A stretch of 63,392 bases of DNA, filler included, from Basidiobolus ranarum (lineage: Eukaryota): assembly GCA_040143965.1 (NCBI GenBank). It is 28 parts of 28 records of this genome, joined end to end, with 100 filler letters (N's around TTAATTAATTAA, not from the genome) between each part and the next. Parts side by side here need not be neighbours in the genome. Positions count along the whole stretch, not along the records: positions 25,018 to 27,187 come from JASJQH010003683.1; positions 27,288 to 29,457 come from JASJQH010003684.1; positions 29,558 to 31,725 come from JASJQH010003686.1; positions 31,826 to 33,992 come from JASJQH010003687.1; positions 34,093 to 36,258 come from JASJQH010003688.1; positions 36,359 to 38,523 come from JASJQH010003689.1; 22 more parts are not named here. The stretch is one strand, 5' to 3'. The position numbers were made by a program, and so were the translations under genes. Shown piece after piece: positions 26,325 to 38,623 of the stretch. The notes under the pieces were generated by a model. It did not search any database. It was not told the origin of the DNA and was given only the letters and a program-made list of their open reading frames with translations. Each line of letters starts with the position of its first letter. The stretch's first letter is position 1.

Positions 26325-27187
26325 ATGATCTTTCAATCGGATGCCAAGTTTTATTTCCCAAAAACGGTTCCTACTATTGAAGGAGATACACTAAACGTTG
26401 AAGAACTTGCTGCTAAGTATAACTTGATATTGTTGACACTAAAGGTCTTTACATCTTTCACAGGAACATGTTTCGTTACAAATCTATTCCTTAACAATAC
26501 CTCCACATACAATCACTTTTATCGTAGGCACCTGGCTGCCCTATATGCCCTCACTTATTAATCCTCTTAAACTTCCTCGGTTTGAATTCAGCAAGTACAG
26601 AAGGAACCTTAGAAGATCCTTTCGAACGCACAAGAATTTGTATATCGAAGGAGGATTTAAAGGTTTTATTCATTATTGATACTTCTATCATAGTTAACCT
26701 GCTCACTACCTATTACCATTTCACCTTAGTTCAATCGAACTCTGTTGCGCACCGACAGCTACTTTCTAGTATTATGTCCGGGGAGTGTGTCCCAACTTGT
26801 CGAACTACGAGAAAATACCAACTTTCGTGAGCACTCATTCATCTTGGATACTGAGCTTACCCTTTCACGTAGTATTGGTCTGTGTATGGCGACATCACAT
26901 ATTTGGCCAGCGATACTTCATATTCAGCCTTACACGCTAAAGATATCGCCAATCAAATTTGGTAGAGAAGCAGGCTTTTATGGACACCACTCACTGATCT
27001 CTTTCCTGAGCGCAACCCGATTTGAAGCGGAGGTACGCTCGCTACGTACCATTTATCACGCTGATAAAATGATGGATAACTTGGGAAAACTCGTGGAAAG
27101 AACACCAATATTTGTGACGAAATCATTTATTCTACCCATTGAAATATTGGATAGAATGTTCAAATACCTAGACTTTGCAACGTTACA
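26325..27187 (+). CDS. F-box protein, 5' part; exon structure uncertain
   Basis: Terminal LPIEILDRMFKYLDFATL is an F-box motif; normal CpG content. Confidence 0.5.
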
Positions 27188-27287
27188 NNNNNNNNNNNNN
27201 NNNNNNNNNNNNNNNNNNNNNNNNNNNNNNNTTAATTAATTAANNNNNNNNNNNNNNNNNNNNNNNNNNNNNNNNNNNNNNNNNNNN

Positions 27288-27958
27288 AGCAACTAAAAGC
27301 TATTCTATTCTGGCATGTACAGAGCCCATTATGTGAAGTTCAAGGCTTTGACAGATTTGGAAGGAAACATTGTTTGGTTTAGTGGGCCACATCCAGGGAG
27401 ACACCATGACAAAGGCTTTGGGTAGAGAGGCATGCACCATTTGTAATACATGAGAAGACTATGGCTGATTTGGCATATGTTGTGGAAGAATGCAGAAGGC
27501 TAGGATGTGTCACAGCTAACAAGATGCCCAGAGGAGGGATACTCACAGAGAGGCAAAAGCTTTAGTATGACATTTTTTCCCATTTTAGAGCAAAAGTAGA
27601 GCATAGCTTTGGTTTCTTAAAGAGATAAAACATTGTAGCAGGAAAGTAGAGAGGAAAATTATTTTGTAGGCCTCAATTGAGGTTAGGCAAAGTAGTCAAA
27701 ATCTTGATTAATTCTCAATACATTCATACTCAAAGATATCCATTGAGAGCTCTAGATTTAAGACACTATGAATAAAGCTTTCATCATCTTATGAATGTGC
27801 ATTAATGTATAAAAGTACCTTACAGAAATATACAACCAAAGTAAAATAAACTGTTTCCAAAATGGTAAATAACATTGTGCCAGATAGTGCCCAATCATGC
27901 CAATTTGTGCTGGCACACTTTTTAGCTGGCCTGATCTGGCTCAATAAAACAGAACAAG
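27288..27958 (+). mobile_element. Harbinger-type transposase C-terminus and probable element end
   Basis: YSGMYRAHYVKFKALTDLEGNIVWFSGPHPGRHHD...RAKVEHSFGFLK; TGTGCCA/TGGCACA subterminal motifs ending GAACAAG. Confidence 0.75.
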
Positions 27959-28268
27959 TCTATAGCTTAGTATTTAGCTTTCTTTTAATTTAATAAGATA
28001 TTATCTGTTATTCTCAATTGGATTTTACTTGGAATATTTTTACCAACTCAGAAGCTCTCAGATATATAGACTTTTTGCACTTGTGTTAGAAGCCCCAAGG
28101 TTTGGACACATTTCCCCAGGACCTTCTGCAATACATTTGACATGTAAGTTTGTTCACACCTTGAAAAAGCTACAAATGTCAACTTTCTACTCAATAAATC
28201 AATAAGTGAAATCACCAACTCAGTAATTTCCACAAACCACTTCCAGCAGGCTCCTAAATACTTGAACA
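27959..28268 (+). repeat. LTR family A, 5'-truncated
   Basis: Ends AAATACTTGAACA, like other family-A LTRs. Confidence 0.8.
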
Positions 28269-28269
28269 T

Positions 28270-29047
28270 TTATAGCATGGATCCATAGTAACTTGCAAGT
28301 ATCTAATATCCACCTAACTGCTATAATTTGATCAGATCCATGATTATGAAGATAATGACACATAACTCCCAAAGATTAAACAATATCTGGCTATGTCCCC
28401 ATCATGCTTTACATCAAGCTACCAACCATATATCAAAAAGAGAAATTTCTGGCTTTCATTTTAAATCACAAGCATCTGATCTAAGCCATTTTTGGTCCAG
28501 TTAAGATTTGTCTCTGTTGGGATAGATATGGGATTACATTTTTCACATTTCAAACTTCTCTAATATATCCATGGTATACAAAGATTGGTTAAAGTTATTG
28601 TTTTTGCAGTTATATATATTGTAAATTGGATTACATTATAGTGTATCAGTTCACCAAGATTAGTCATTTTCAATTTGGCAGATAAGCTGGATTTGGTTTA
28701 CTCCAAAGTCTTCAAGTCATTGGTTGGTATAATAAGGTCACCTACATATAAGGATAAAAATCCTAGGTCTATCTTATCTGGCCTGAAGTACATACTGAAG
28801 TCAGCTTGGCACTTTTGGAATTTGAGCGCATCCAAAAAAAACATCTTTCTTGCCATTCCAAGCTCTTGCAGATTGTTTTAAGCCATCAAGTGTTTTCCAT
28901 ATTCTGTGGAATACAACTTAGATTATCTTCAAATACAGTAAAAGCTAATATTTGCAAGTATCCCAAGTCTCTGAACAACTTCCTTGAGCACATAGCTTCT
29001 TATATAGTAGCAGTAGCAGCCATATACTCTGCTTCTGTTGTGGAAAG
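28270..29047 (-). mobile_element. Scrambled Copia RNase H and RT fragments
   Basis: LSTTEAEYMAA...FEDNLSCI lies upstream of LSLYVGDLII, so the normal RT-then-RNase H order is reversed. Confidence 0.8.
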
Positions 29048-29329
29048 TGTTGAAAGTCTGGTGACTTGTGGTACAAGCAGTAATTCCCAAAGAGGAAAAT
29101 ATGGAGTATGGTGACTGCATCTGGACACAAAGTCTAAGGCCAATCAGTTTCTTGTATAGCTGAAATGCCAAAGTACTGTACATTGACAGACTGGGTTAAG
29201 GTTCCCTGGCAATATAGGCATCACATACAAGGGCTGGTAGCTCAGTGGTTAGAGCACTTTGCTGGAGTGAAGGAGGCCCCAGGTTCAAATCCTGGCCAGA
29301 CCAATATTTCTCCCTAAATAATTTCAACA
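29048..29329 (-). repeat. ~282-bp LTR-like element (family E) containing a tRNA-like unit
   Basis: Inverted ends TGTTGAAA/TTTCAACA; a second copy at 34093-34342 shares one boundary in different flanking DNA. Orientation inferred from similarity of the ends to other LTRs here. Confidence 0.7.
29231..29303 (+). ncRNA. tRNA-derived Pol III unit (pseudo-tRNA) inside the LTR-like repeat
   Basis: 73-nt cloverleaf with A box TAGCTCAGTGG and B box GGTTCAAATCC; perfect D and T stems; imperfect acceptor and anticodon stems; loop CT-GGA-GT. Confidence 0.75.
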
Positions 29330-30316
29330 AAAAACGTGCTATATGTGCCTGGGATAGCAAAATATTTGTCATCAGTGAGTAAAGCAACATCTGAGGGATA
29401 TTGCTTTAATTTTGATCAAAATGGCTGTACAATCAGGGATCAAAAAGGGAATTACATNNNNNNNNNNNNNNNNNNNNNNNNNNNNNNNNNNNNNNNNNNN
29501 NTTAATTAATTAANNNNNNNNNNNNNNNNNNNNNNNNNNNNNNNNNNNNNNNNNNNNGAAGACTGAAACTAGGATTAAGGGAAGACGGAGTTGCCTATGG
29601 AAATGATGCGCTAATGAGGACAAAGTGGGACTAGTGTAAGCGATACTAGTCTATGGTGATGAGCCATACTTCGATGCATCAAGCATGCAGGCCTATTTGC
29701 GGTAAGACATATGCCGACTGAAGGAGGCTTGGCCTCCCCCTTTTGTCGAATATTTAAAACATTGATAAAGAGTTTGAATTGAAACAAAGCAGATAACAAT
29801 TCAGTGCTGAGATGTATTCTATGCTGTTGTGTGTAATCCCTGACTTCAATCTTCTAATGGGGTTTTGCATACTCATGGCTGTAACGAGACCATTAACTTA
29901 TCTCTGATCTTTGTAAATCATGAACATATCAACTGCTTATGTAATGCGAGTCAATTATTAGACTTGACATGGTGCAATTTTTTTGGACCGTTTTGAGCAC
30001 ATTTGATGTAAGGTTCGATAGACTCTGGCGTCAGAAGCCGTCACTTGATTTTCTACTGTCTGTTCCAGGAACCTCTTGCAAGAATTTTTATAGATTCCGC
30101 CTTCTTTTATGGAAAATGACTCCATAAGTTTGTCCAATAGTACACAGTTTATGATTTTTAAATCCAACGTATCCACATATTGGGTGTTTTTGGCGTATTG
30201 ATGAACTTCCGAAGAGAAATAAGGGCAAAAATGGAAGTATCACTTCAATCAAAGATTGCTATATAGGTAGTGTATTTCTAAAACAATCAACTCATCACAC
30301 AAACTAATTCACAGAT

Positions 30317-30936
30317 ATGCGCTGTCTCATTTACTTTTTCTTTCTATTCAGCTTCGTCAAGGTAACTATCGTACAACATAAATTTTTGAGTCTATCTAAT
30401 CCGAGTTACAGTCCTTTCTTTGCTTCCGTGTAGGGTATCTTGCCCCTAAGTCTTATACTAGTGACTGTATCTCAGTACTAGAGAACGCTGTGAGCATGTC
30501 TGTTAAGACAAATGGAACTCTAAGCTATGCCCGTCTTTTAACTAAAACAGAACATCAGCGTGTTATGAATGTGATCAATATGAACTCTACTGCCGATGTT
30601 GAATTTAAAGCCTTTTCTACATCCTGTGAAAAAGGGGCACAAGCTTTTACAAAATGCACGGTGGACCTAGTACTTTATGATACAACATTTCCAAACAACG
30701 AGATTTGTGTATTAATTCGTAATGACTCTAGTCAAGACACTTTACGATATGAATTGGATCTAAGACCTGAAAATAAAGCGGTTATTGAAACTATTACTCC
30801 CACCCCGGATGCTACCACTGGAACCTCAATTACCGTTGTCCCTACCCAGCCTTCATCTGCTAATTCACTTTTACCTGAATTTCAATCTATATTTACAGCA
30901 CTTGTAGTCACAAATATTTTATGTTTCATTATCTAA
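30317..30936 (+). CDS. Secreted, probably GPI-anchored protein of unknown family
   Basis: Signal peptide MRCLIYFFFLFSFVK; intron 30362-30411 (GTAACT...CTAAT...TACAG) joins in frame; T/P-rich stalk, SSA and a hydrophobic C-terminus. Confidence 0.65.
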
Positions 30937-31442
30937 TTATGCTATTAGTTATAAATATCAAAAGAGAATTTAACTCTATTAAATAAACTTGAATAACGGC
31001 AATAAATAGCAGTACCAAATATCCTTGCTTCAGAGTTTAATGTCTGCATGAGAAATAAAACACCATGATTAGAGGTAATTGGTGAAATCCCTTTTTGAGA
31101 GACATAGCGAGATAAATAAAGATGAGTTTAGTGGTATCAAAGCTCAAGGTTTATTTCTATCCATCGATGTGTCCACAGTATTCTTGCCATGGTTGTAAGT
31201 TCACAGTCAAGAAACCGACTACAATAGTGAACCTATTTTCTTTAATGTGCAAGTATAGTAACTACTTTTTACTTATCTTTACACCAGTGCTATTATATGC
31301 ATATACTGGTGGGCAACATAAACAACGAACCACCTTCAAAATTTCAATTATTTCAATGTGACCGGTGAAGTGGTTTTAGGTTCTGAGTAGTATAGTACGT
31401 ATATAAATATAGCATTCAGTTATAAGGCTATATTAATAATTC

Positions 31443-31725
31443 TATTGAAACTAGCATTGCCTAAACACCTATATAGTCATATATAGCTTAGTACTTAGTT
31501 ATCTTATAATTCACTAAGATATTATCCATTATTCTCATGAGGAATTTACTTAGAAGTTTGAAGATATATAGATCTTTGAAACTTGTGCTAGAAGCCCCAA
31601 ACTTTGTACACATGTTCCTGGGACCTTCCTTAACACATTCTACACGTTAGTTTGTGTACATCTTGACAAAACTATAAATGTCAACTGAATACTCAATAAA
31701 TCAATAAGTGAAAACCACCAATTCC
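31443..31725 (+). repeat. LTR family A, cut by the contig end
   Basis: Starts TATTGAAACTAGCATTGCCTAAACACC. Confidence 0.85.
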
Positions 31726-31825
31726 NNNNNNNNNNNNNNNNNNNNNNNNNNNNNNNNNNNNNNNNNNNNTTAATTAATTAANNNNNNNNNNNNNNNNNNN
31801 NNNNNNNNNNNNNNNNNNNNNNNNN

Positions 31826-33992
31826 ATTTACTTACCATCATAAAATTGACCAGTTAGAATTGATTTTAATAAATTTTTTCAGTTTCATGAGTGAAATTTC
31901 AAGATCTTGCAAAATAGTTGCACATAATTTGCTAGAATATTGGAGAACTATGGATAAACTCATGTGTGAAAAATGTAACTCAAATTAACACATTTACCAT
32001 TTGAACGCTAATATGTCACCTTCAGAATTCCTGGTATCTTTGATATATTCCCCTGAATATTTTTATAGTATTTTGCATACCCAAGGTTTAGCTCGTATCC
32101 AACATGAGTTTGTATCAATAACTCCATCAAAGCACACCATTGTATTAACATTGCTGAATCAACATTTTTCCAGCTATCCTGCAGATACCTTGCAATATTG
32201 TGCCACTCAGTATCAAGGTCTTCCCATATATCTGCATGGTCAATACCAGACTGAACATCAAGTTGAATGTTCTTCCTCTGAAGCCACTTTTAGCATACTT
32301 GCACTGCATTTTTCCCTTCATACTTTAAAAATACTCCTCAAGCACTTTGACTATGTTTATATATCCTTGTAGTGTGACACTACAGAGGGTGCTTTGTGGT
32401 GTTTGTGAAGCTTTTTGCTTGCCTTTAACTTTGGAGCTAATTTCAACACTTTGGAAAGTATCAGTTGAAGTTGGAGAGCCTTGAGTTTTATTTGCTGGTG
32501 TTTTGGCTTGTTGTGTGGTGCCAGGTGTTGGATAAACTTCCAAATTTGGCACTCTTCCAACTGGTGTAGCTTGTTCCATGTTGAAATCAAGCTTTTTTGC
32601 CAGTATATCTGACCCTGGAAATGCAGATCTTTGTAATGGTGTGAAGAATTTGGTAAGTGGGACAGAAGAGCTTAAACTCACTAGCTCCTTTACTTATCCT
32701 TGGGTTTACTAACTTTCTGCTCCTTTAGTACTTCTTTAGTTGCTTTGCTCTCTTTTCCAAGTTGATAATTGTGTACATTTTGGAGAAGTTTTAAGAATAG
32801 GCCTATACTAGCCCGATTGCCATTTGCTTGCAAAAGCCCAAGATAAGCAACATGAAATAAGTCAAGACCCTTCAGTGTAACACCTGGTTTTTGGTTTTCC
32901 ACAATTGGCTCAAATCAAGGTTATTCTGGGCAAAATTCCACACAGTTTCCAAATTGTTAAGACACTCATTAGAGCAAGTGATGGCAGCTCTAACATTGAG
33001 GGTCTTCTGATTTGCTGGTTTTCCTATGAGATTTCTACTTTCATGTGCCCAAGCAATTTCAAGTTGTTGTGTAGGCTAAACAGACCAACACGTATTCTGC
33101 TCTGCTAGATTGTCACAGTGATGTTCCTATGTATGGTGTGGGATTGTTTGAAATCCCATTTGAGAAAGGACAGAGGGAGCAGCATGTTGCTATAGCTCAA
33201 GTTCAGCATTTCAAAGGTCTGGTATCATTGTTGAGTGACTCTCTAACTGTTGACTAGTTGCTTCTGAATGCTGGATTAATTGCAATATTGCATCATTATT
33301 ATTTGTCATGGCCAGTATAGCAACTTTGTAGTTTTCACTTATGATCACATACAAATCATTATGGTGTTTGGCCTGCAATTCCCTTGTTATAATAATTATA
33401 TCAAAATTTTCTGTGCTGGGTTGTTCAATAGTGGGTAAAGTAGCCATTTTAGAAGTTGATGGTCTTGACAGAGTCTTGGTTGAGCTTTGCTCAACTATTG
33501 ACTTACTGCGTAATTGGGGGATTACAATCTCTTCACTTGTCCTATTGCTGAAAAAGAACACATCTAGTAAATTGAATAATGCATCATCATCTCTTGAGTT
33601 GGTTTCTGGTATGTTAACGCATTATAAAGTGGATAGTGGATTGCTGGACTGCTCATCAGTTAAGTCCTCTATTCTTGCTGGTTTTTTTCCTTTTGTGCCA
33701 GCAGGTTTTGGCTAGGAAGCCAATTTCAATTTAAATTTCAAATGCTTTTGAATGGCAGTGAAAGTTTCAGTTGGTAAACTTGGTGTAATCAAATAGCTTG
33801 GAAACAGCTTATAATAAACAAAAATTGCCATCCATTACTGGATATATCTTTGAAATCTCCTGATGACTGATCTGTGACACTGTCTCAGAATCAGCTGATG
33901 ATATTAATGGGCTATACCTAAAGTACCATCCTTACATAGGAGATGTTCTATTTCCACAATATCCTTCTCATGCTGCAACACAAACACTTAAA
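31826..33992 (-). mobile_element. CACTA ORF2, nearly complete degenerate copy
   Basis: Collinear with 1100-2179, 45717-46629 and 50790-51893. Confidence 0.8.
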
Positions 33993-34092
33993 NNNNNNNN
34001 NNNNNNNNNNNNNNNNNNNNNNNNNNNNNNNNNNNNTTAATTAATTAANNNNNNNNNNNNNNNNNNNNNNNNNNNNNNNNNNNNNNNNNNNN

Positions 34093-34342
34093 GGCCAGGA
34101 TTTGAACCTGGGACCTCCTTCACTCTAGCAAGGTGCTCTAACCACTGAGCTGCCAGTCCTTGTATGCTATGCCTATATTGCTAGGGAACCTTAACCTAGT
34201 CTGCCAATGTATGGTACTTTGGCATTTCAGCTATACAAGCAACTGATTGGCCTTAGACTCTGTGTTCAGATGCAGTCACCATACTCCACATTTTCCTCTT
34301 TGGGAATTACTGCTTGTACTACAAGTCACCAGACTTTCAACA
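34093..34342 (+). repeat. Second copy of the tRNA-containing LTR-like element (tRNA-like part 34093-34159, minus strand)
   Basis: Reverse complement of 29048-29297; ends ACTTTCAACA; loop reads CT-AGA-GT. Confidence 0.75.
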
Positions 34343-35209
34343 TATAATACACATGTTCTGGATCAAAATTTGATCTGATGTGATATTCAGATGCAAAATG
34401 GGGAAGAGATACTGAAGAGAGGAGATCTACAACAGGATACTTAATACTTTGCTGTAATGGAGCTATTTCTTGGAATTCAAAGAAACAACCTACCATAGCT
34501 CTTTCAACAACAGATGTTGAATATATGGCTGCCTGTGAAGCAACAAAAGAAGCAATATGGCTTAGAAAACTCTTAACAGATTTGGGTTATTCTCAAAATT
34601 GACCAACAACAATATTTTAAGATAATCAAAATGGTATCAAATTAGCTAAAAATCCCACATTTTATAATAGAAGCAAACACATAGATATTAAGCATTATTT
34701 CATCAGAGAGACTATAGAAAATAAGTTTATTGACTTAACTTATTGTTCTACATAAGATATGATTGCTGACATATTAACCAAACTATTTGCTGCATAGAAA
34801 TTTAAGAAATTTAGACATTTATTAGGATTAGTTGATCTGACTATTTAGTAGTGGGAGATCATTGATATTAGCATTGCCTAAACACCTATATAGTCATATA
34901 TAGATTAGTACTTAGTTCTCTTATAATTCACTAAGATATTTTTCATTATTCTCAACTGGAATTTACTTGGAATATTTTTTTTGCAACTTGAAGTTCACAG
35001 ATATAGAGATTTCTTCAAACCTGTGCAAGAAGCCCCAAACATTGCACACATGTTCCTGGGACCTTCCTTAACACATTGTATATGTTAGTTTGTTTACATC
35101 TTGACAAAACTATAAATGTCAACTTTCTACTCAATAAATCAATAAGTGAAAACCACCAATTCCTCTAATTCTCCAAACCACTTCCAACAGACTCCCAAAT
35201 ACTTTAGCA
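34343..35209 (+). mobile_element. Copia RNase H, PPT and 3' LTR of family A (34860-35209)
   Basis: YSDAKWG, RRSTTGY, ISWNSKKQPTIALSTT, SKHIDIKHYFIRE, MIADILTK; PPT AGTGGGAG. Confidence 0.92.
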
Positions 35210-35211
35210 AA

Positions 35212-35760
35212 TTTTAATTGAGAATAATGGATAATATCTTAGTGAATTATACAATAACTAGGTACTAAGCTATATATGACTGTATAGGTGTTTAGGTAAT
35301 GCTAATTTCAATAAGAATAACTTACATTCACACCAAAACCTTCGTAGATTGTGTGTAAGTTTGTATAAGTTCTGATCCTTTACTCCCAAAGCTAAATACT
35401 ACCCATTTTTATCAGTGATTGTGTATCCTGACTTATCAAAACTGAATATTAGCCCTTCTGAGATGGCCTGGCATACAGATATTAAGTTCTTGGCAATATA
35501 TGGAACAGGCCGTACATTCTTAAAAGTATACAATTTCTCTTCAGAAGCTCCAGTTAAATTGACTTGAATTGTTCCCATTCCAATGGCATTCAATTTGTTG
35601 TCATCTCCTACAAAAACCTTTCTAATTGGGATTTCTACATAATCCACAAATCAATGTTTTTCATTTGTGAGATGTTAGGAGGCTCCAGAATCAATACACC
35701 ACATCTAAGAATCCTTGTTGATAATCATAGATAGTGCAGATATGAACAAGTGATCTTCTG
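35212..35760 (-). mobile_element. Partial family-A LTR plus Copia protease region
   Basis: WCIDSGAS; KNVRPVPYIAKNLISV. Confidence 0.8.
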
Positions 35761-35779
35761 CTGTAACAACATTTCATAA

Positions 35780-36258
35780 TGTCTTAATAAGGAACTGGCA
35801 AGGACTGGAAACAGAGACAAGAGGCTGAAAAGCTGATGGGTACTTGAATATAGACTACAAGGCAAGACAAGACAAGACTGGACAGTGAAAATACTTTGGC
35901 AAGAATCCTTATTGTTTACTGGCATTGATCAGACTGAGGTCTGATCAAGGAAAATAGGGAGCTTGTATAGATGTTTCAGAGTGAAATGTAATGTACAGAA
36001 TAGGGAATATGCTGTGGCAAGTTCAAGTGTTGGGCTGTTGGGGACTGCAAAGACCATTACAAAAGGGGATGATATAAGGATGATCATGTGCCTTTCCATG
36101 CAATTCTTGCAGGAAATATACTGGATGAACTGGCACAAAGTTGCCAAGAAAGTGTTAAAGTATTTGGGAGCCTGTTGGAAGTGGTTTGGAGAATTAGAGG
36201 AATTGGTGGCTTTCACTTATTGATTTATTGAGTAAAAAGTTGACATTTATAGTTTTGT
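35780..36258 (-). repeat. LTR family D fragment with a family-A LTR (36153-36258) nested in it
   Basis: Matches 17938-18103 and the family-A end. Confidence 0.7.
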
Positions 36259-36358
36259 NNNNNNNNNNNNNNNNNNNNNNNNNNNNNNNNNNNNNNNNNN
36301 NNTTAATTAATTAANNNNNNNNNNNNNNNNNNNNNNNNNNNNNNNNNNNNNNNNNNNN

Positions 36359-37525
36359 TGGAAAAATTGCTAAACATCTGAAATTTTGAATAGCACTGAC
36401 ACTTGGCAAATAGCTGACTCTTGTTACCGTTCACAATGAGAATAAGCTCTTGGATTTTGGCAAATTTCCATAAAGAATTCAGCCAATATATCCCTAACTT
36501 GCAGTCAACAAATGTCCTGCCACAAGTAGATGTGTCATTGCTTGAATAGATTACCCAATGCCTAAAACAATAATACTCTATGTCTCAATCTATCTCACCA
36601 AGAAGTCTTTCTTTTAGCTTCTCTAGAAATATCATCAGATTATCACACAAACAAATTAGTACCAATTATAGAGGTACTTACTCTGAGTCCATGGATTGGG
36701 TTTTGTTGCTGTTATTATGCTCAAACAATGCAAAAGCCCATGAGCACATTGAAAGAGCCCTTGGTTGGAAGATTAATATACTCTGGAGTATCCTTAACCC
36801 ATTGCATTATTTCCATCCCTGATTTTGCTGATAAATTGTTAATCAGGTTATTATACAGAAATACTGACAACTTCACACCAAGCATCATTTCACTGCAGGT
36901 GCACTCCATTGGGAACTCCCAGAGTATATAGCAAAGGCTTATAATCTTTAAGCATTGTGAAAGATGTAGCAGGGAATGTATTATATACCAACATAGATTC
37001 AATCTATTTCTTTAAACCTGTAAAAAAGCTTTTCATATCCAATTACTAAATCTTTGTACAGTTGCTCTATCTACCTGAGATCTGCCAATGTGAGTTGATG
37101 CCATAACAATATATTAGCAATATCCACAAATAACTCCCAATGTTGCCAATACTTATCAGGCAGAAATCTTTTCAAGATTCCACTTGAATATATACAAATC
37201 CAATACTTCCAGTCTTTGCACTTGAATAAATGTCCAGATGAGTGGATATTGATAGGAGTCTTGGTAAAATATGATGGTATCTTGATGTTTTCAAGTATTT
37301 TCCCAATTGATTCAAACTTTGATCCTATCTTGAATGGCTCTTTCATATTGAATTTTCCACTTTCTAGCTGAGTAAGTAGTATTGTCATGTTGTTGAATAG
37401 TAAGTGGATAGTGCCTAATGGCAAGCTCTTGAGCCAGCTAATCACCTTTAGAAATAAAATCTTAGGCTAATGGCTAATCCCAAGTTTGCTATTACAATGA
37501 CTATTTGTTGATTTGATATCATTGA
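36359..37525 (-). mobile_element. CACTA transposase fragment
   Basis: ORF 37071-37445: LPLGTIHLLFNN...KDWKYWICIYSSGILKRFLPDKYWQHWELFVD. Confidence 0.88.
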
Positions 37526-37896
37526 TGTTGAAGTTTATTGTCTTTATCATATTGGTTATCTCTATCTTTATGCACCTAACTACTTCATATATCATGTATA
37601 AGTCAGTTAAGATTACTAAGTCAAATATCACTTAACTGCAAAGCTAAACATATACGCTATATATATATCAATATTGTGAGAATTAGCAATTCCCTATTGG
37701 AAAATTCAAACATGTCCAAATTTCCCCAAAGATAGCTCGTTTTACTCCCACAGATGTTCTGAACACAACCCCAGCATTAGTTTTCTGTACTTCCACCAAA
37801 ATAAATAAATGCTTCATTTCTGGACAATAAATAATTATATCACAAAGCTATTAACAACTCCAATGTTCTCAAGTACCTCCAAACAGCCCTTATTTT
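37526..37896 (+). repeat. LTR family B
   Basis: Starts TGTTGAAGTTTATTGTCTTT; interrupted near its end by a family-A LTR. Confidence 0.85.
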
Positions 37897-38339
37897 TGTT
37901 GAAGTTAGCATTACCTAAACAACTATATAGTCATATATAGCTTAGTACTTAGTTATCTTATAACTCACTAGGATATTATCAATTATTCTTGATTGGAATT
38001 TACTTGGAATATTTTTACCAACTAAGAAGCTCTCAGATATATATATTTTTCAAACTTGTGCTAGAAGCCCCAAACTTTGCACACATGTTCCTGGGACCTT
38101 CCTTAACACATTCTACACATTAGTTTGTTTACATCTTGACAAAACTATAAATATCAACTCTCTACTCAATATATCAATAAGTGAAAACCACCAATTCCTC
38201 TAATTCTCCAAACCACTTCCAACAGGCTCCCAAATACTTTAACTGGTTATGAGCCCTGAGCTTGCACTCTCTGTAATGTCTACTTCTCAAATTTATGGAG
38301 CTTTTCCCTCTTCTGAAAAATTGGATGGAACCAATTATC
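37897..38339 (+). mobile_element. Copia family A 5' end: LTR 37897-38244, PBS and gag start
   Basis: The LTR is followed directly by GGTTATGAGCCCTG, then MSTSQIYGAFPSSEKLDGTNY. Confidence 0.9.
38245..38258 (+). promoter_or_regulatory. Primer-binding site complementary to the anticodon arm of tRNAiMet (half-tRNA priming)
   Basis: GGTTATGAGCCCTG is the reverse complement of CAGGGCTCATAACC, as in yeast initiator tRNA; same type as Ty5 and Drosophila copia. Confidence 0.85.
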
Positions 38340-38523
38340 CCCTAACAAAACTAAAATCAATTTGATCCAGATTGGATCCACCCTCCAAAATAGCAAAACT
38401 CTCAGAGAACCATCACAATATTGTTGGCTTGCATTCTGTGGGGGATTTCGATGGTGTGATGGTGGTTTTTTGATGGTATCTTAACTGTATTCACACATGT
38501 TAAAGTATTGATCCTCAAATTTG
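38340..38523 (-). mobile_element. CACTA terminus on the transposase 3' side, inserted in Copia gag
   Basis: Begins CCCTAACA; 38468-38523 is the reverse complement of ~54114-54168, downstream of the transposase. Confidence 0.75.
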
Positions 38524-38623
38524 NNNNNNNNNNNNNNNNNNNNNNNNNNNNNNNNNNNNNNNNNNNNTTAATTAATTAANNNNNNNNNNNNNNNNNNNNN
38601 NNNNNNNNNNNNNNNNNNNNNNN

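Noticed and set aside
29231-29303. Functional tRNA-Ser or suppressor tRNA
   Set aside because: No long variable arm, mismatched anticodon and acceptor stems, and the triplet differs between copies; treated as a tRNA-derived unit.
38340-38347. CCCTAA/TTAGGG as telomeric repeat
   Set aside because: Single hexamers at transposon ends, never tandem.
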